NCBI RefSeq assembly: GCF_026571515.1
Contig: NW_026864029.1
Coordinates: 1-64,000, forward strand
Length of the DNA stretch: 64,000 bases
From: Ruditapes philippinarum
Lineage: Eukaryota
Reading direction: 5' to 3'
Shown here: positions 52,447 to 64,000 of the stretch, piece by piece
How positions within the stretch are numbered: position 1 is the stretch's first letter
How the letters are laid out: every line of letters starts with the position of its first letter
Made by a program: the position numbers and the translations under genes
The notes under the pieces: model-generated
Database searches by the model: none
What the model was told of the DNA's origin: nothing
The model's input: only the letters and a program-made list of their open reading frames with translations

Positions 52447-52786
52447 TTAAACAAACAGTACAAACTCATCAGAGCAAAAAGACTTCGGTTGTTGCTGATT
52501 GGTGTCGTGTTAAATTCATTGCAAAGACAATGGAGCAAACTGTTCTTGTAAACAGGGCTTCTCTGCAGGAGTTGCACTGTATCAAAACGGTTATGTCAGA
52601 GAAAGTCATCTGCACAGTGAAAAAAGGATGAATCTTCTTATGCATCGCTAGAATACTATTTAATACAGTTCTGTTATCAACAAAGACAAATGAATGTAAA
52701 GAAAGCATGATCTGAGATTGAAATGCTAAACATCGTAAAGAAGTGACATGTGCACTTCATTATTTTCATCTGTCACAAGTTAATAT

Positions 52787-53268
52787 TTCGTTCCTGTGAT
52801 ATAATTTTCTTGTTCCCATGACATAATTATATTGTTCCCATGACATAATTATCTCGTTCCCATGACATAATTATATTGTTTCCATGACATAATTATATCG
52901 TTCCCGTGACATAATTATCTCGTTCCTGTGACATAATTATCTCGTTCCTATGATATAATAATATTGTTCCCATGACATAATTATATTGTTTCCATGACAT
53001 AATTATCTCGTTCCCGTGACATAATTATCTCGTTCCTGTGACATGATTATCTCATTCCCGTGACATGATTATCTTGTTCCCATGACATAATTATCTTGTT
53101 CCCATGACATAATTATCTCGTTCCCATGACATAATTATATTGTTCCCATGACATAATTATAATGTTCCTATGACATAATAATCTCTTTCCCATGACATAT
53201 TTATCTCGTTCCCGTGACATAATTATCTAGTTCCCGTGACATAATTATCTTGTTCCCATGACACAATT
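52787..53268. repeat. 22-bp minisatellite, about 22 copies
   Basis: Consensus CCATGACATAATTATCTYGTTC with sequence variants. Confidence 0.95.
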
Positions 53269-55852
53269 TTTGCTACTTTTATGACAAATTATTTCACATT
53301 CATTGCTTTTATTTTAACATAATAGAATTCATGTTTGCCTTTTCTATAGAAGAAATCTAGTTGTTTCTGAGGTATAATGTGCCTTTAATATTTATCAAAA
53401 TAACAGCACTGTTTCAAAAAAGCACACCATGATAACGTTACATATTGTAACACTCTAACCAGAAAGATCCCATCTGTACTTCTGAATAATATGTTTACAC
53501 TAATTCTGCTTCTCATTTGCTCTAAAAAAGATGAATATTTCTACATTTAACAAATGATGCTCAGAGTCTCCCCTGAAAATCACATAGCACTTCATCGCAT
53601 GAGCAACTATAACACATGAGAAATAGTTTTCACATTGTACGTTATAGAATATGAACTGTTGTTTTTCGTTTTCTTTTCTTTGTAGAAATTGGACATTTAT
53701 GCTATTATAATAAATGAAATGTGAAAAGTACATTGATAATTACACTAGGCATATACCTTTAAGTTAATAATATAAAATGGATTTAGAGCTTAAAATCATA
53801 CAAACGCTTTAGATTTCATAACGTTTAACAACGATCATCAGTGTTTTAAAAGAAAAACCCGGATATCCTCCCTAAAATTTAATGGGACATTTGATTATTT
53901 CTCACGTACAAATCACGCTGTTTCATAGTGCATTTTTATCACAATAATTGAGAACATTGATTGAATGTCACGTGACCAATTGTACTATAAGATACTCCTA
54001 CTTTCGACTATTCTTTAATTTCCTCTATTGAAGGACATTTTATAATTATCATACTAATGTATATCTAAAATAATATCTAAAATTGAAGAAGACCACTTGA
54101 ATTTAAAACTGTGTATAATTAAATGATATTGGTATTAGTCGTCAAATAATTTATGTGGTAAGTATAATTAGTATAGTTACTTTTCTCAATTTGTAGAATT
54201 ATGTTGTAAAATAAAGAACAACATATTGTAATAGAATTAAAAATTCAATATACATTGTCCGGTTGTAATTCTAAAATGTATAAAATTGATTTAAGAAAAA
54301 CAATTATTCCTCGTCCATAGCTTTTCAAAGATACTGGATTTTGTTTTTTTGAAATAATGTCTATCTGAGTTGTAAAATGCTTTCACTTACATGAAAAAAG
54401 TAACTATAAATATTTATGAAAATACATGTATGTAATATGAAAAAAGTTTTAAATATGATTGTTCGTTGTTGGAAAGTGAAAGTAACGTGGAGTGGACTAC
54501 AATTTTAACACTTTCGTCGCTTGTATTAGTAGCAGTGACAATCTTATTGTTTTGGACGATAAATTTCTTTAAAAGAATATTATATTATCTTTAACCTAAA
54601 AAAATCAGAAAAAAAAAGCAACTACAAGGAACAAAATAAATTAAATAGACTATTTTAGAGGCTAGGTAAGTTAGTTAAGAACGTACGGACCAACTGCTGT
54701 TTTCATCAACACGACCGATATATATGTTGTTTCTATCTCATCAACAAAAGTTTTTATAAACCTTTCTATAGATATTTTCAGAAACCGTAACGAGTTTTAA
54801 AGTTTGTTGAAATATTAAAACAAATATCACAAATTTGTCTATTATTACGCTTAACATAATGTTGTGATCGTTTGAAAGAGTATATCTTGTACTATTTTGC
54901 CTTTCTATAACCATATCACATTCCCAGAAAAGTTGAAAAATACTAAGTTAAGGCGTAGATTTAAATGGCAAAACTCTATTTACAGTGAAACGAAGAACGT
55001 TGTATAATAAGTTTGCGCATAGCTAATAAATTAAATTACAAGTTATTAATATATGTAAAATCCAATATTTCTTTCCTTTCAATCGTACGTGTTAAACGTA
55101 TGGTAGGCCATTTTAGTTTATTTATAATAAGTTATTTTAACATTTTGTCACTTCGTTAGTATCAAAAATGGTAGGAATAATGATAATTGAATTGTTCGCA
55201 TAAAATTTCAATAAAAGTACGTTTTCTTAAACTCTTGATATCGGTTTGTTAATATTTGTATTTTTATTAATTGGTCAAAGTGTGCAGTTGTAACCTTAAC
55301 GATGTTAACATTGCTTGCGACAAAAAATTCAACCCATGCAACTAGTGCAGACCAAGCCGAGTCCGTGCTGCTGTCTGTTCATGGTCTGCACTGATCGGTA
55401 TTCTGTCAGTACTTGAAATTTTACCTAAAAATGATGAATGGTTTTGTCCTGATTAAAAAGATGGACAAGTCGATTTAAGATATTTAGCGTGGTAAGGGTT
55501 TAATCCTTGTTTGTTATCACTTTACAATTGCGATAATAAGTCAAGTATGTAATGTCCTGTTTAAACTAGCACGTGCTTTACATGACAGCTTTGTTCTAAT
55601 TATATGATTCATCAAAGCTAGGGGTCCGTTAAAACACAATGGCAAGGCGTTTTACGTACAAATGAAGCCAAACATGTAAATGTCAACAAGTCTTTACAAG
55701 TATTTATAATTGTAAGAGTTAGCAAAATAAAATACTTAAAATGTCGACCAACTTAATTGTTCATTTAACAGAAAACAAAAGCTGATTGAACCTTAACCCG
55801 CTATTGTTTTTGTTAAAGAAAGTTTTCAGATTGAGACAATATATGCATAGTA

Positions 55853-58800
55853 ATGGAGTTTTTGCTGAAACTAACCAGAAAGAAGTTCATACGATTAGAT
55901 TCTGTAGAAGATACAAAACTTTCCAGATGTCTGAATACACTAGATCTTACAGCCTTAGGTATGTTTACACTTGATGGCTTAGATTTAGTTCATATGTTAA
56001 AAGCACAAAACAAGCTTAAAACTGACGCATAAGCTCCAGTGTAATATTTTGTAAAAACAACAGAGTTTTGTTGTATTTAAAGAATATACCCGAAAAACAA
56101 AAGAAACATATATGATACAGGTACCATTGAATCATATTCCATAAATAAACAATTATAAACCATTATATTTCATGGCCGGGTGTATCATTTGGTAAAACAT
56201 AAATTTAAATCTAATACAAACGGTATGTAACAAATAATAAATATATACTTTTCTTTCATATTTTGTAAAATGTGATGAATACACTTCCAGCATTTGCATC
56301 ACGTGATCGTCCAATATAAATCGTTATTGGATCAAATCTTATCAATGGAGCCTCGTTGTACAAACTATCTATATTAAGTCTATATTCTACTTCATCTTCA
56401 CTTCGTTTTCATCTCCAGAGTTCTAAAAATTCTTAGACTAATATTGTTTAAATAGTTACAAAGTTCGTCAAACTGGTCTAAAATGGTGGTGTGAAATAAA
56501 GAGGCCATTAATCTCACCATACAATATAAAGTCCTTTACTGATTCTATTGGACTCATGCACAGCTTCGCATTGTCCAATATAGGTTTGACAGCTGCATTA
56601 AACATGTTACACAGAATTCATTACTGTACTCAACAATGTATTATAACCTAAAACTATAATAGTAATACATGCATCTGTGTTTTTTCAAATGTCCAATCAC
56701 CATGTTACAATATTATATATGTATTATATACTTATATAATCACTTCAGGTATAGGAAGCACATTGGGAGCTGGTATCTATGTTGTAGCAGGTCAGGTTGC
56801 TAAGCAGGTTTCAGGTCCTTCTGTGTTTGTCTCCTTTCTGATTGCCGCAATAGCTTCAATACTTGCAGGTAAGATACTTATGAACGATTGCTGAACAGAC
56901 CTACATGCTACAGTATAAGTCCAATAATGAATTACAATGCGCTGGTGAATTCAAAGTGGCTTACTGCCATGGTCCGGAAAGTAAACTAGAAAAACCACCT
57001 CCATCAATTGCAATGTGGGTATGGTATTTAAATTATGCTTTACTTGTCTGATACATTTGTTTTCACAAATTGAAGATAATTTATTAATGCGTTGATTATT
57101 TTCATTAATTATGTAGGACTGTGTTATGCTGAATTCGGTGCACGTGTACCTAAGACTGGATCAGCATATGTGTACAGCTATGTTACTATAGGAGAACTTA
57201 TGGCATTTGTGATTGGTTGGAACCTTATACTCGAATATGTTATAGGTAGGTTATATTTTGAAATGTCTTTACATTGTTTGGAAAACATAACAATCAATAA
57301 TCGCAACCAGATTTCATTTTTAAATTATGAAAAATTAAAAAAAAAACAACTGAACTGTCAGTATCTATTTACATATTTTGACGGAACACTTATATAATAC
57401 AGGGACACTTATGTAATAAGAATGTTTTATTTAGACAATGTAAAGCAATATCATTAACATCATAATAGTAATCTCAACGTTGGTTACTTTCCAACCTATC
57501 TCGAGATCTTAAAATAAATCAAACAGCATTAATTACGCACGACGTCAATCCAACAAGTCCAGTCATTACTTTAGACGTTGTCCATATTTTACCAGGTACT
57601 GCTAGTGTAGCCCGAGCTTGGAGCGCTTATTTCGACTCTCTCATCAAGAATGCTATACAGACGTACTTTAAGGAGAATTTCCCCATGAACGTGTCCGGAT
57701 TATCACCATATCCTGACTTCTTTGCACTGGGGATAACACTTTTGTTGACAGGTTAGTTATAACTATCTTGATATGAATGATTTCTTTATTCAAGTGAGGT
57801 AGAAGTTAAATGTCATGACTGTAGCAATCTGAATCCTTTCACAATTAAGAAACATCATATTGATAGTCTCTTAAGGATACAAAATTTAGATCGATGTCGA
57901 GTTGACCTGATTAGACCTGTGTTGTATATTTTGTTTTGGGCTTAATAGCTTTAATTTCGATATATTGCTTTCCCTGCTTATAATTTGAAACTGTCAGTCG
58001 TTCATTTGATTAAACGTATTATGGTGATACTCAGTAGCCTAAGATTTAACTTATATAATAAAGGGTGGTTAGTTAAGGTGTCAGTGTAGTAGATGCTATT
58101 ATAGGTTAGTTCCTAAAACCTTTTGATGTTGATGTAGTATACCAATAACGTGAATTCAATCACTCCGTTTTTATTTTAAGATGAATCATTTTTATTGTGC
58201 AAAATTAGTCTAACAATTTCAATCCGAATATCGATTTTCACTTATTTTTTTCTTAATATAGTGTTTTTATATAGTTTTAAGTGCCTCATTTGATATCTGA
58301 ACGATTAAGAATTTTATGTTTTAAAGTTTTCGGCCTTAAAGGTGAAGCTTCTTTTATATGTGAAGAAATAACGTTAAAACAAATCTTTGAGTCGTTTTCA
58401 AACATTGATTTCTCCAGATAAATGTTACCACTGTTAATGACAAAACTCCTTTTGTACAGTGGCCGTTTGTGTTTTTCTTTGCAAAGGAATTGTTGGAATT
58501 TAGGCCGTTATATATTGCCTAATCGGTTGTTTACGTGTGATTTTAGTGATCCTAGCAGTGGGTGTAAAGGAGTCATCCCGGTTTAACAACATATTTACTG
58601 CAGTCAATCTTCTGGTTGTTACATATATTATTATATGTGGAGCTTTCAAAGCAGACCATACTAATTGGGAGGTGAACCCTAAGGAGGTAATTAACATCTT
58701 CTGTGTAATTATCGTGTCACGTTTAGTTTTCAGGCTCCGTTAAATGATTGAATCCGTCATATGTGATCATGAAAAAAGTAATATCACGTATGTCCCTCAT

Positions 58801-61800
58801 CGCCGGTCTAAGCACTTTGTCAAATTTAAACACTATAAGTTTTGGAATTAATGATCCCGAAGGACCAGTATACCCTTTTAGCTGCCATACAGCACTTACC
58901 TCTCTTACCATCTGCAAAGTTTTGTACAAATGACACTGAAACTAGCAGATACGACCATGAGAGTCAACTTTGTTAGTATGTAAGTCTTTAATGTATTTGA
59001 ACTTTTATTTAGGTCGTCGGCGTAAACTCTACCGTTGTAGGACAGGGCGGATTTCTGCCATTTGGTTTTTCTGGAATGTTATCAGGTGCTGCAACTTGTT
59101 TCTATGCATTCGTCGGATTCGATGCTATAGCAACGACTGGTAAAGTGCTAGATATATCCTGTTCTTCCGACTTACTTACGTTGACAATTGCCTTCTGCTA
59201 ATACCTCATTATTAAGTTATACCAATTCTTTGGCGTTCTTTATTAAATGTATATGTATAGTGCTAAAAATTAAATACGTTATATTAAATTTACATAAATA
59301 CGAAGATAATTATTGTTATGGTCATTCTTTATTTGTTTAGGGGAGGAGGTGAAGAATCCACAGAAGGCTATACCTATAAGTATTGTTGTGTCTTTATTTG
59401 CCTGCTTCTTCGCTTATTCTGGTATATCTATTGTTGTAACGCTGATGTGCCCGTATTACCTTCTGGACGGGAATGCTCCTCTGCCAGCAGTGTTTGACAG
59501 AGTTGGTTGGCATGTTGCCAGATATGTCATTGCCGTGGGTGCTGTTTGTGGATTATCAACAAGGTACTTTGAAATAGTGAAATGTATATTTATGTGACGT
59601 TATCCGGAACTAGGAAAAGTGTTCCCCCCCCCACCTAATCTGTAGGTACAAAATAACTTTTACCGTTATAGCTTCACAGTGCACTTTCCTTCATAATAAA
59701 TAAGTCAACCTGTTTCGCTTTTACTTGTACCTACGCTATTACCTGAGAAAACCCAAATATTCTTTATTCCGGAGTAAGCCTAGATATATCACAGGGTTAT
59801 CAAGTACATTTCAGATATATTATTGTCTATCCAAAGCATTTTATTCATATACACACAAATATTAAACATTAACAGTGTCTAATCATTTTCAGTCTTTTAG
59901 GTGCAATGTTTCCACTCCCACGTGTTATATACGCTATTGCCAGTGATGGTCTCATCTTTAAATTCCTAGCTAGAGTGAATGCCCGGTACAAAACTCCGCT
60001 TATTGCTACATTTGTATCGGGTTTGTTCGCAGGTAATTCAACTTTTATTTCAAAACGTTTATTTCATGCCTTTTCTTTTCTTTTTTTAAACATATGTATA
60101 CATCGATTAAGTCGGTAGATTCACCGAGGTACATGTAATTCTTTGGTTTGACATTTAATTATAAAATATCTTTTCTTTGACCATATTATCAATATCGGTG
60201 CTAGAGGGCGTGTGATAAATTGTACTTTAATAGTCGCAGTAAAGTCGAGTATATTTTCAACTGTATAATATTGTCTTTATTATCCTTGAACGCCTTCAAC
60301 TTTTTTATGAGTTTTACAAATATCTAACAATAAATTATATGTAGTATTAATTAAGAGATTAATACACGGCAGCGTAGGACCGGAAGGTGATAATCGGTCC
60401 GCAAAGATGAACAGTTTTTATCACCTTAAGCCGGCCTCTTTGAGACACTGTAACACAAGTTGAAAGGTTGTCCAACGGGCATCCTGAGCACATGCCTTCT
60501 GTTTTATTAATTTTATTATGTTTCAGATAAATTTTAATTTTTTATTAATCTCCCCAGGTTATTCAAATCTTATGTTGTTTCTTTTTTTTACTTCTTATAT
60601 GTATTTTTTAAACAGGTTTAATGGCAATGTTGTTTGACCTGAAGGAATTAGTGGACATGATGTCTATAGGGACCTTGTTAGCTTACACCCTGGTAGCTGT
60701 GTCGGTACTTTTATTGAGATACAGGGTGCATGGTATAGGTGAAAAAGAGCAATCTACTGATAGCTATACTCTAACGTGAGTTCACGTTATGTATTTTTGG
60801 TTCGATGTCTTTGGGATCGTTCAGCTTGGCATTGTTGTTGTTGTTTTTTTTGTGGTAGTTTTGTGGTTCTTTTCTTTTTTCTCTTTTGTCGAATATTTAT
60901 AATATTTCTACTAGAAAAAAACCCGTTTAGGTCACATTTATTCGCGGCTTACATGTGGACTGTGCATATATCTTTTCATAAAATCTTACAAAAGTCACGT
61001 ACATGAAAATTACATGATCACTGATAGATTATTTACCGAATGACATTTTTGGAACTGTATCTCTTCCCAGAAAGGTAATTCATGTATAACAGTTTTGGAA
61101 ATATATAGCCAAAGGAACCAAGTCTTGGGAAAAGGGAGGATTATGGGACCATGTCTTGGGAAAAGGGAGACTTGTGGAGGACGCTTATTATCTCATGCGC
61201 AATATTCTCTATCATATTGTGTGCGGATTAAAATATATGAAGTCGATGACTTCTAATCCAGTTACCTCTATCGCGTGGGTTCGATTCCCGGGAGATGCTT
61301 TGGTAGTTTAGCGCGGAGGAAGGTAGTCTAGTACTGGTGGAACTCTCCAGGAAAGATGGTTAGGAAACTACCAGCCTATATTACTCCAATACTGTTGGGA
61401 AAAGGCGTAAAATGAAACAAACAAACGAACAATAAAAATGCGAATTTGTCGATGCTACTTTTAGAACTAGTTGTTGCAGGACGATCTGTGTCCGGGCCGC
61501 ATCTTGAAACTGCATGTGCTTATCTTGTTATTGAATTAAGCTTTTTATTTACAATACAGTGTATATTGACGCGGCATTTTATCTTCACTATAAATGTTAC
61601 ACACGTTACGGTGAATATATCGAGAAGCGACTTACCTTTAATATAAAAATTCGGCCAAATGGCTAGGAAGCAATAAAAACCACATTTTTGGCCTTTAAAT
61701 GATTTCAGTCATTTTATGTAGACTGTAAAGCAATATGTTCTGCGTAAATGAGCCGTGTCATGACAAAACCAACATAATGGGTTTGCGACCAGCATGGATC

Positions 61801-63769
61801 CAGACCAGCCTGCGCATCCACGCAGTCTGATCAGGATCAATGCTGTTCGCTATCAGTTTCTCTACTTGAAATAGGGTTTGTAAGCGAACAGCATGGATCC
61901 TGATCAGACTGCGCGGATGCGCAGGCTGGTCTGGATCCGTGCTGGTCGCAAACCCATTATGTTGGTTTTGTCGTGACGCGGCTCAATTATTATGTCATTC
62001 GGTGATATTGTGAACGAGATAATCATATATGAATTGAAATGTTTTGTTTCGGTGTTCAGTCTATCTATTGTCTTAAAATTCAATTGGTATATATTTGCCG
62101 TGGGTTTTCACACAAAAAAGAACCCCAATTATAATAACAACATTATTTTTAAAATAAATATTGTATTCATAAAATAAGGTAATAATAAAATGAAAGGACA
62201 AACAAAAGGAAACATTTTTGTTTATTTATTTATTTATTATTCAGTAAATATCGATCTTTATAACTACATTAATCGCTTAATTTGTTTTGTGCATTAAGTG
62301 TTGACTAAATTTGATGTTAATCACTGTTTCTTATGGTATATTGAATCTTTGTCATGAATTATATGTAATGGCATAGACTATTGACAGAAACTTACATCTA
62401 TTTCAGAAATGGTACAATATTTTCAACAGCCTTTAATTTTAGAAACGAAAATCCGTCCAAGATAACAGAAAAAGTATCAGCGTATGCTGTTACTATATTT
62501 AGTAAGTGCAATCATCTTGACCTGTTTCATTTGCAAATACAGATTAGAAGTTTTTGTTTAATGCTATACTGATTGAATTGTCTTTATCAAGGGGCATCAG
62601 GTACAATTTTTACATATTTATAGAAAGGCTGCCCGCTAATATTGATACAAGAACCTCCTTAAGTATTATTTGTAATAGATAAACATTCACACATGATTGA
62701 TAAAGAAAGAAATGCATACTGTGGAAATATGGTTCGAGATCTATTTCCGGTCCCGGTCATAAATTCATTTCCATTTTCAGGTGTATTCATTTCCAATTTA
62801 AGGTATATTCATTTCCATTTTCAGGTATATTAACAGTAGGACTATCAATATTTCTAAAGTTTGCAGAAGATGATTTATCACATGGTAAACCATGGGCGAT
62901 TTTCATCACTGCCGTGTTTACGATAGTAATGCCGCTGATACTTATCTCACTTGCATGTCAACCACAAAACAAAACCAAGGTTTCTTTTAAGGTTTGTTCA
63001 TGTCTTCTTATAAATTTACATTCATTTATTTTCTGATTCATTTATTTACATATATAGTAAGATGTCAACTATTTTGAGTTACTGAGCAATTGTCAACAGG
63101 ATGCATACATTTGGACACGCGTCTTTATTGCAATTCAATTGGCTATCATCTGTGCAGCTTAACTGCAGATATTCAAATTCTAATGTTATATACTAAATTA
63201 TAATTATGTTGATTTGCGAATCATGTCTGTGTGTGTGACTATACCGAATAAATTAGTTATATTCAAATCACCATGTGATTAGTAGCGTGTGGGGGAACAA
63301 ATTTGCCCCGTACTTCATCTCAGGTTTGCTATGTTTTTAAATGGTATCCGTATAATATATTTCAATAGATTAAATACCGCTTAAGCCATGAGAGGTGATT
63401 CACATCACATCATGTATGAACAGACAATTAAAAACGCGTCTGCAATGGTCATTTATTTGCTTTGTTTGCATTTCTCTCCAGTGATATCGCCTTTTCCAGA
63501 TTTTAACAGTAATTATTGTTTTTTTAATTTATTCATCTTTTTGTTTGTTTTTAAAAAGAGATACTGTGTGGACATTAACTAAGTAATGTCAAAAGAAAGT
63601 CGCATTGCCGTCCCCATTGTACCTGCTATATATAATCTGGTTGATCTATCTTTTTTTCAGGTGCCTTTATTACCGTTTTTACCTGGCATAAGTATATTCG
63701 TAAACATATTTCTTATGCTTAGGCTGCCAACTGCGACATGGATCCGCTTTGCTGTTTGGATGGCGATAG
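55853..63769 (+). CDS. Cationic amino acid transporter (SLC7A1-4/CAT family, APC superfamily); 3' end beyond the window
   Basis: Exons 55853-55958, 56749-56868, 57117-57245, 57596-57751, 58547-58686, 59013-59139, 59341-59563, 59893-60032, 60616-60775, 62407-62501, 62825-62991, 63661-63769. Motifs [66 protein letters not shown] and FKVPLLP. Confidence 0.95.
61748..61986. mobile_element. Palindromic (foldback) MITE, second full-length copy, in a CAT intron
   Basis: Long inverted arms; near-identical to 31478-31717. Confidence 0.85.
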
Positions 63770-64000
63770 GTACATCGGTTTCTAAATTTTTATAATTAAA
63801 TATTGTATACCGCTTAAAGGTTATAAAAGGGAAGAAATAGTCTGTATGGTGGATACCATAACATGTATTCTATCTTTGTAAAAAAATCTTTATATTTTGA
63901 TGTAATTGAAAAAGAATCATTACAAAGATTTTTTTTTAAATCAATTAATTCAGCTTCCTACTGATTACTTTTATATATCATTTTGTCGTTTAAATTATGA

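Noticed and set aside
52787-53268. CRISPR array
   Set aside because: Contiguous 22-bp minisatellite with no spacers and no cas genes.

Overview
AT-rich, intron-containing animal genomic DNA. The repeat families and gene content look bivalve/molluscan, which is inference. The window has four parts. (1) A + strand tandem array of five secreted C-type lectin genes: A (3' end only), B, C (pseudogene), D and E. Wherever the 5' exons are in the window the architecture is signal peptide (missing in C), ~70-aa 4-Cys domain resembling a bacterial SH3b fold, Thr/Ser mucin stalk, one or two CTLDs, and a short tail ending hydrophobic-hydrophobic-Gly. (2) A family of small secreted cysteine-rich peptide genes on the - strand, interleaved with the lectins: three intact 3-exon genes plus one orphan exon, framework C-x23-C-x17-C-x2-C-x-CC plus C-x13-C. 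The ORF track almost entirely misses them. (3) A ~19.4 kb tandem duplication whose junction is filled by a LINE fragment, plus mariner, Tc1, hAT, piggyBac-like, Kolobok-like, SINE and palindromic MITE insertions and two minisatellites. (4) A cationic amino acid transporter gene (SLC7A1-4 family) running off the right end. All gene models were built by hand from GT-AG sites and paralog comparison; no database searches were run.
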